From positions 1 to 26,073 of IMG/VR virus record IMGVR_UViG_3300011115_000073: a stretch of 26,073 bases of DNA; one strand, given 5' to 3'. Under the pieces are notes generated by a model. It saw only the letters and a program-made list of their open reading frames with translations, was not told the origin of the DNA and made no database searches. This document shows, in pieces, positions 22,311 through 26,073 of this stretch (position 1 is the first letter of the stretch; every line of letters begins with the position of its first letter). Origin of the DNA: a virus. Made by a program: the position numbers and the translations under genes.

Positions 22311-24230
22311 TCAATCCTTTTTATTGGATCTAACGCTATTTAAGATGCTTTCAACATCTATTCTTGGTCTTACCATTGCGGCTTCTAGGGCTTTGCCACT
22401 AGCACCATCAATAAAAGCATCTGGAGTTGGCGGTGTTTTAGTTTGACTAAACACAGTTCTTAATTGTTGACCCACTGCTTTTAATCTACGGACACTTTTA
22501 CCATACTGTTGTTGTTCAACAATATAACGCTCAAAATCTTCTTTATGTGAACTAATTTTACCATGTTCTAAAGCACCACGATGAAAAATATTACACTGAG
22601 CACCGTTGGCAATACGAGCATTGACTTTATAACAATAACCTTCATCCAACAAGTATGATTTGATGCTTTCAGTGCAGGATTTAAGTTGCTTGCTAGACAC
22701 AGCATTTCGTTCGCTTTGTATTACTTTATAAATTTCATGAACTTCATGCACAGTAATAATGTCTGGGCTGTTGGCAATAATATGATCTGCTGTGCATTTG
22801 ATGGCATCGCGTTTGTATTCAGCAATATCTTCCCAATCTTGTCCACGCAGGGGCTCTAAACTATAACGCGGCCCTTTAAATTTTTGATCCAAGTAATTTA
22901 ACATCTGTTGACTGGCTTCTCGTCCTTGCCAGTCACGAGTCAATACTTTTCTTAATACTGTATCTCCCACCATAAAGTCTGACATGTCATCTGAGTTGAT
23001 GCCTTCTGCTTTTAACAATTTACGGCAATAGTTTTCTCCATGTGCTTTGTCCAACATCTTAACAGCATTTTCAGCAAATGTGCTGGCACCAACTTTAATT
23101 GGACTTACACGCATCATTTGTGGACCATCTTCAAATGGCAACGGAAACTGGTCTTGATTGCTACCCCATGCATAAGAAATACAGTTATCCACTTCCATTT
23201 CTACACCATATTTTAATTTGATATAATCTTTAATACTACCAGTAAAGTTTTTAATCTTATTCCATTCACTGCGTTCAGGTATTTCATCACCGTAAATGAA
23301 TGTCTTGTTTAATTTAAAACCATTAAAACTGCTGTCAATTGTTTCCCACATGCCAGTAAAGCGTAGTTCTGCTCCCAAGACATTTGAAAATATAATATCA
23401 AACAATGCGTTCTTACCAACTTTACCTTTGCCAAATATCACTGGCATACTCAACATGTTGTTGCCAATGTCAGCATGTAATACACCATACATCCATTTTT
23501 CCAACCAGTCTAAATTTTCTTGTTTACTACCAACCCAACGCTGTTCATCATCGTTCCACATGATAGAACAACCACTTAGTGCAAACAACAATGCTTTAAT
23601 AATAATTGGACATGTTTGCTGTTGTTCAGTATCATAACTGGGTTGCATAATGCCTTTGAGATCCAACAGATTAAAAGTTTTATCATCTACCATGTCAACA
23701 GTATTAATAAGTTTTTCATATACTCTTGGAGGGAATTGAAAAACTGCTGTATCATCAGCATCTGGAATGTAGACACTGATCTTTTCACCTTCAATCATTT
23801 TCCTAAACATGCTTTGTGCAAAAGGATGTTGAAGTTCAATCCAGTTGGGATACAATGAACTAGGAGGATACCATTTAATCTCAGTGCAATATTCTTCTTT
23901 GTCTGATTTTAAATTTCGTTTACTAGTTGTTAAACTATGAAAATATTTAGATTGACCATCTCTAAAAAAGCAAGGTTGATATTTTTCATAAATGTCCAAT
24001 GCTTTTTGAAAATGACTATATTTTTCTTCTGCTGTAAGTTCTTCTTTTTCTTTGTCCTTCTTTTTCTTATCTTCCGCCTTTAAATCAGCCGCTTTCTTTT
24101 TTTCATCTGCGACTCGTTGCCGCTCAGCCTCTTTGGCGGCTTTGGCAACTGCCTTGGCTTTTAATTCCTCGTCTTTGATTTTTGCTTTTTCAATAGCAAG
24201 TTCTTCTAAAGTTCTGGGTGTGTTATTCAT
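22311..24230 (-). CDS. SF3-type P-loop replicative helicase-like protein (639 aa) with a Lys/Glu-rich N-terminus
   Basis: Walker A GKGKVGKN was verified at 23409-23432. Walker B is TFIYGDEI and the motif C-like sequence is AWGSNQ. The first 70 aa are a K/E/A-rich charged helix. Confidence 0.7.
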   Translation of the reverse strand: MNNTPRTLEELAIEKAKIKDEELKAKAVAKAAKEAERQRVADEKKKAADLKAEDKKKKDKEKEELTAEEKYSHFQKALDIYEKYQPCFFRDGQSKYFHSLTTSKRNLKSDKEEYCTEIKWYPPSSLYPNWIELQHPFAQSMFRKMIEGEKISVYIPDADDTAVFQFPPRVYEKLINTVDMVDDKTFNLLDLKGIMQPSYDTEQQQTCPIIIKALLFALSGCSIMWNDDEQRWVGSKQENLDWLEKWMYGVLHADIGNNMLSMPVIFGKGKVGKNALFDIIFSNVLGAELRFTGMWETIDSSFNGFKLNKTFIYGDEIPERSEWNKIKNFTGSIKDYIKLKYGVEMEVDNCISYAWGSNQDQFPLPFEDGPQMMRVSPIKVGASTFAENAVKMLDKAHGENYCRKLLKAEGINSDDMSDFMVGDTVLRKVLTRDWQGREASQQMLNYLDQKFKGPRYSLEPLRGQDWEDIAEYKRDAIKCTADHIIANSPDIITVHEVHEIYKVIQSERNAVSSKQLKSCTESIKSYLLDEGYCYKVNARIANGAQCNIFHRGALEHGKISSHKEDFERYIVEQQQYGKSVRRLKAVGQQLRTVFSQTKTPPTPDAFIDGASGKALEAAMVRPRIDVESILNSVRSNKKD

Positions 24231-24231
24231 A

Positions 24232-25260
24232 TTATTTTACTCTATACTTGTTCAAAGTTTCTTCTGAAACTTTATTGGGTCTCTTGACCACAATTGGTTT
24301 GCCCCCGTATGCACTAATAAATGCATCACGAGTTTCTTTGCGTATACGGTCTCCATCCCAACCAGTCCATGCCTGCATTCTAATAACAGGACTTGTCAGT
24401 GCTGATTCTGGGTGTGCCATTCTAGCACAAATAGCATCATACTCATTATATGTCATTCCTACACTACGACATAAACTTACAAGTGTAAGCACAGCATGAT
24501 TGCTGGCTCCAGCACCTGCATAATGTAAGCCTACACATGTTGATAAACTCGCCACTACTGCTGATTTATACGCATCAGCAAATTCTGCATCCATTGGCGT
24601 ATTTGAATGAGGTAGTGGAGGAATATAAACTTTGGGTTCACGATATTCAAAATCATATGGATCCAACATAACTCCTTCATTCCAGTTGCTGTATGAACTG
24701 TTTAGACCGCTATGAAAGTAAAAACTTTGACTCATTGTAAATGAACAGTTGTCTACTCCAGGAAATGTTTCTGTAATTGCCGCTTGCCTGCCCCCAATGT
24801 CTGCTTTAAGCAAAGGTTGACTGAATGGTATTACAATACGGAATTTGTGCTTTTCTGGGCTGTGTCTGAATGTAGTATAAAGCACATGCTCAATGTCTTT
24901 ATAAAGATCCTGTGCCGCTTCAATAGTCATCTTTTCATCAACATCTAATATGATGCCGTTGACAGCAACCACATTGGCTTTACTTCTACGAACAGTATTT
25001 GGAATCTCATCGTAGGTGCCTTCTGGAATCCTTTGCCATTCACCATCTACTACATGTCCGTGATAACTGCGTCCAGGTTCTACTGAAGGATCATCTAGTG
25101 TTTTAAACTCCGCAAAGTTAAACATTAAAGTTTCTTCTTTGCTGGGGCTATCCATATGCGTTGTTAACAAGTTGGCAATGTCCTTCCACGATTCGTTAAC
25201 AACATCTGCAACATACGCCTTCTTAACGCTTTTAAAAACTGTTAGTATCATATTATTCAT
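24232..25260 (-). CDS. Archaeo-eukaryotic-primase (AEP)-like primase candidate (342 aa)
   Basis: hhhDhD motif NGIILDVDE. A His-containing strand, SPEKHKFRIVIPF, and a third acidic motif, PGVDNCSF. The helical C-terminal domain resembles primase C-terminal domains. The gene is coupled to the helicase gene. Confidence 0.5.
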   Translation of the reverse strand: MNNMILTVFKSVKKAYVADVVNESWKDIANLLTTHMDSPSKEETLMFNFAEFKTLDDPSVEPGRSYHGHVVDGEWQRIPEGTYDEIPNTVRRSKANVVAVNGIILDVDEKMTIEAAQDLYKDIEHVLYTTFRHSPEKHKFRIVIPFSQPLLKADIGGRQAAITETFPGVDNCSFTMSQSFYFHSGLNSSYSNWNEGVMLDPYDFEYREPKVYIPPLPHSNTPMDAEFADAYKSAVVASLSTCVGLHYAGAGASNHAVLTLVSLCRSVGMTYNEYDAICARMAHPESALTSPVIRMQAWTGWDGDRIRKETRDAFISAYGGKPIVVKRPNKVSEETLNKYRVK

Positions 25261-25676
25261 TATTCAAACAAGTCCTTGACCATGTGAGCCAACTTCTCTG
25301 CTTGTGCAAGGACATCTTCTTTAGTCACTTTGCTTTTAGTTGTTACTGTGTTTTCTTCATTCCAAATCTTACGGCAAACATCTTTCATGGCCTGCACAGA
25401 TTCAAGTTTGTCTTGTATCTGCGGAATTGAGTCCGCGTTTATTTGTAGTTCTTTACTGAGTCTGCCGTTAAGAAACTTGACTAAAAATCCATTATCTAGA
25501 TTGCGTGTAATGAAGCCCCAGTTTTGTGAATTGCGATAGTCGTCCACAACATAAGTTGAATATGTCTTACCATCGTCTATGCCCCACAAAGTAATTGTGG
25601 TCATTGCTGAACCATCGCGGTTGCTGTAGCCGCGGTGTTGAGCCACCACTGCATAAAATTGATCTTTGAATACCAT
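25260..25676 (-). CDS. Hypothetical protein (138 aa), first early gene
   Basis: AGGAGCGATTTATAATG RBS and start at 25676. TAATG coupling to the next gene at 25260. Confidence 0.75.
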   Translation of the reverse strand: MVFKDQFYAVVAQHRGYSNRDGSAMTTITLWGIDDGKTYSTYVVDDYRNSQNWGFITRNLDNGFLVKFLNGRLSKELQINADSIPQIQDKLESVQAMKDVCRKIWNEENTVTTKSKVTKEDVLAQAEKLAHMVKDLFE

Positions 25677-25725
25677 TATAAATCGCTCCTAATTGTTGGT
25701 AATAACTACTGCTATCGTTTGGGCG

Positions 25726-25737
25726 ATAACATGTTAT
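25726..25737. promoter_or_regulatory. 12-bp perfect palindrome ATAACATGTTAT abutting the -10 box (operator candidate)
   Basis: The sequence is its own reverse complement. It covers the predicted transcription start of the proximal promoter. Confidence 0.5.
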
Positions 25738-25766
25738 ATTATACTTATCTTCAATATAAAAAACAA
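25738..25766 (-). promoter_or_regulatory. Early promoter candidate P-proximal: TTGTTT-17 nt-TATAAT
   Basis: The -10 TATAAT is at 25738-25743 and the -35 TTGTTT at 25761-25766 (minus-strand reading). The spacer was counted as 17 nt. It lies ~55 nt upstream of the first ATG. Confidence 0.5.
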
Positions 25767-25830
25767 GAGCCCTTATTCCCTGAACTTTCGCTCCTAATTG
25801 TTGGTAATAACTACTGCTATCGTTTGGGCG

Positions 25831-25842
25831 ATAACATGTTAT
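25831..25842. promoter_or_regulatory. Second copy of the ATAACATGTTAT palindrome
   Basis: Same position relative to the distal promoter copy. Confidence 0.5.
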
Positions 25843-25871
25843 ATTATACTTATCTTCAATATAAAAAACAA
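25843..25871 (-). promoter_or_regulatory. Early promoter candidate P-distal (duplicate copy)
   Basis: Identical sequence 105 bp upstream of the proximal copy. Confidence 0.45.
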
Positions 25872-25946
25872 GAGCCCTTATTCCCTGAACTTTTGCTCCG
25901 TTTGGTGAAATTGACCAAAATACCTGTAGTTGGATGTGAATACTGC

Positions 25947-26073
25947 AACAGGTTTGTATAAATATATCTATGCAAGTGAGCAATCCACTTGCTACTGGTT
26001 TGGTGAGTATCTCTCGTCGCTTGTTGGTAACATAATTTAATTGTAATAGGGAGGCCATCCTTATTACGCCAAA
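25947..26073. repeat. Right copy of the exact 127-bp terminal redundancy (identical to 1-127)
   Basis: Same as the left copy. It implies a circular or circularly permuted assembly, or a short direct terminal repeat. Confidence 0.97.

Larger units (their letters stand above)
25684..25893. repeat. Perfect tandem duplication, 2 x 105 bp
   Basis: Copy 1 (25684-25788) and copy 2 (25789-25893) were compared base by base and are identical. A partial third start, tgctcc, follows. Confidence 0.97.
1..26073 (-). mobile_element. Complete tailed-phage genome (siphovirus-type gene order), unit length 25,946 bp, all genes on the minus strand
   Basis: Full set of terminase, portal, scaffold, capsid, tail tube, chaperones, tape measure, tail tip, fibre and lysis genes plus a replication block. 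The window ends overlap exactly by 127 bp. Confidence 0.9.

Noticed and set aside
25684-25893. CRISPR array or iteron interpretation of the 105-bp repeats
   Set aside because: There are only two copies, directly abutting with no spacers, and each is far longer than a CRISPR repeat. The content (promoter, palindrome, RBS) explains them better as a duplicated regulatory cassette.
438-25961. All plus-strand ORFs in the track (for example 438..920, 1184..1495, 4675..5022, 6973..7338, 7654..8022, 13229..13633, 21884..22297, 23296..23637, 25635..25961)
   Set aside because: Each lies antisense to a longer, motif-supported minus-strand gene or inside a structured non-coding region. None has a convincing RBS, and their sequences are low-complexity mirror images of the real genes. 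I therefore call no plus-strand gene.
25567-26058. 163-aa minus-strand ORF spanning the control arm and the tandem repeat
   Set aside because: It runs through the promoter/operator duplication, and the repeated peptide is just the 105-bp repeat read in frame. It overlaps the well-supported first early gene by 110 nt. Its ATG has AAGGA directly abutting it with no spacing. Its Cys/Trp/Tyr-rich composition differs from the other proteins. Its unusual length for non-coding DNA is noted, so proteomics could revisit it.
1-26073. Temperate lifestyle / prophage features (integrase, att site, CI/Cro pair)
   Set aside because: No ORF shows tyrosine or serine recombinase motifs or an Xre/CI-like repressor. 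The terminal repeat is not flanked by host DNA. Absence by eye is not proof, so a profile search should confirm it.

Overview
This window is one complete genome of a small tailed dsDNA phage with a unit length of 25,946 bp. Bases 1-127 recur exactly at 25947-26073, so the contig closes on itself. All credible genes (about 32) are on the minus strand. They are tightly packed, many with ATGA/TAATG stop-start overlaps and AGGAG/AAGGA ribosome-binding sites. Every long plus-strand ORF in the track is an antisense shadow. Order on the minus strand, from right to left: (1) A ~600-bp non-coding control arm. It holds a perfect 2 x 105-bp tandem duplication carrying a sigma70-type promoter, a 12-bp palindrome over the predicted start site and the RBS of the first gene. 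(2) An early/replication block: a 138-aa unknown, an AEP-like primase, an SF3-type P-loop helicase, an extremely AT-rich element bracketed by inverted repeats (origin candidate) and two small ORFs. (3) A compact switch region: two covarying 29-nt hairpin units, a near-consensus TTGACA-17-TATACT promoter, a ~90-nt structured leader and a strong intrinsic terminator, all directly in front of the late genes. (4) The late block: HExxH peptidase-like protein, small and large terminase, portal, scaffold, capsid, two connector proteins, tail tube, tail chaperones with an in-frame G GGA AAG -1 frameshift site, and tape measure. It continues with a tail-tip module in which a GNAT acetyltransferase sits between the hub protein and a 1359-aa J-like protein. 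It ends with a repeat-rich tail fibre, a holin-like protein and unknowns, closed by a terminator. I saw no tRNA, rRNA, CRISPR array, integrase, repressor or recognisable endolysin. The most unusual element is the late-gene switch at 21430-21690. Its layout suggests the late genes are reached only by reading through a terminator, so it is either an antitermination device or a phage sRNA locus. All functional calls come from motifs, gene order and sizes read by eye; no database search was run.
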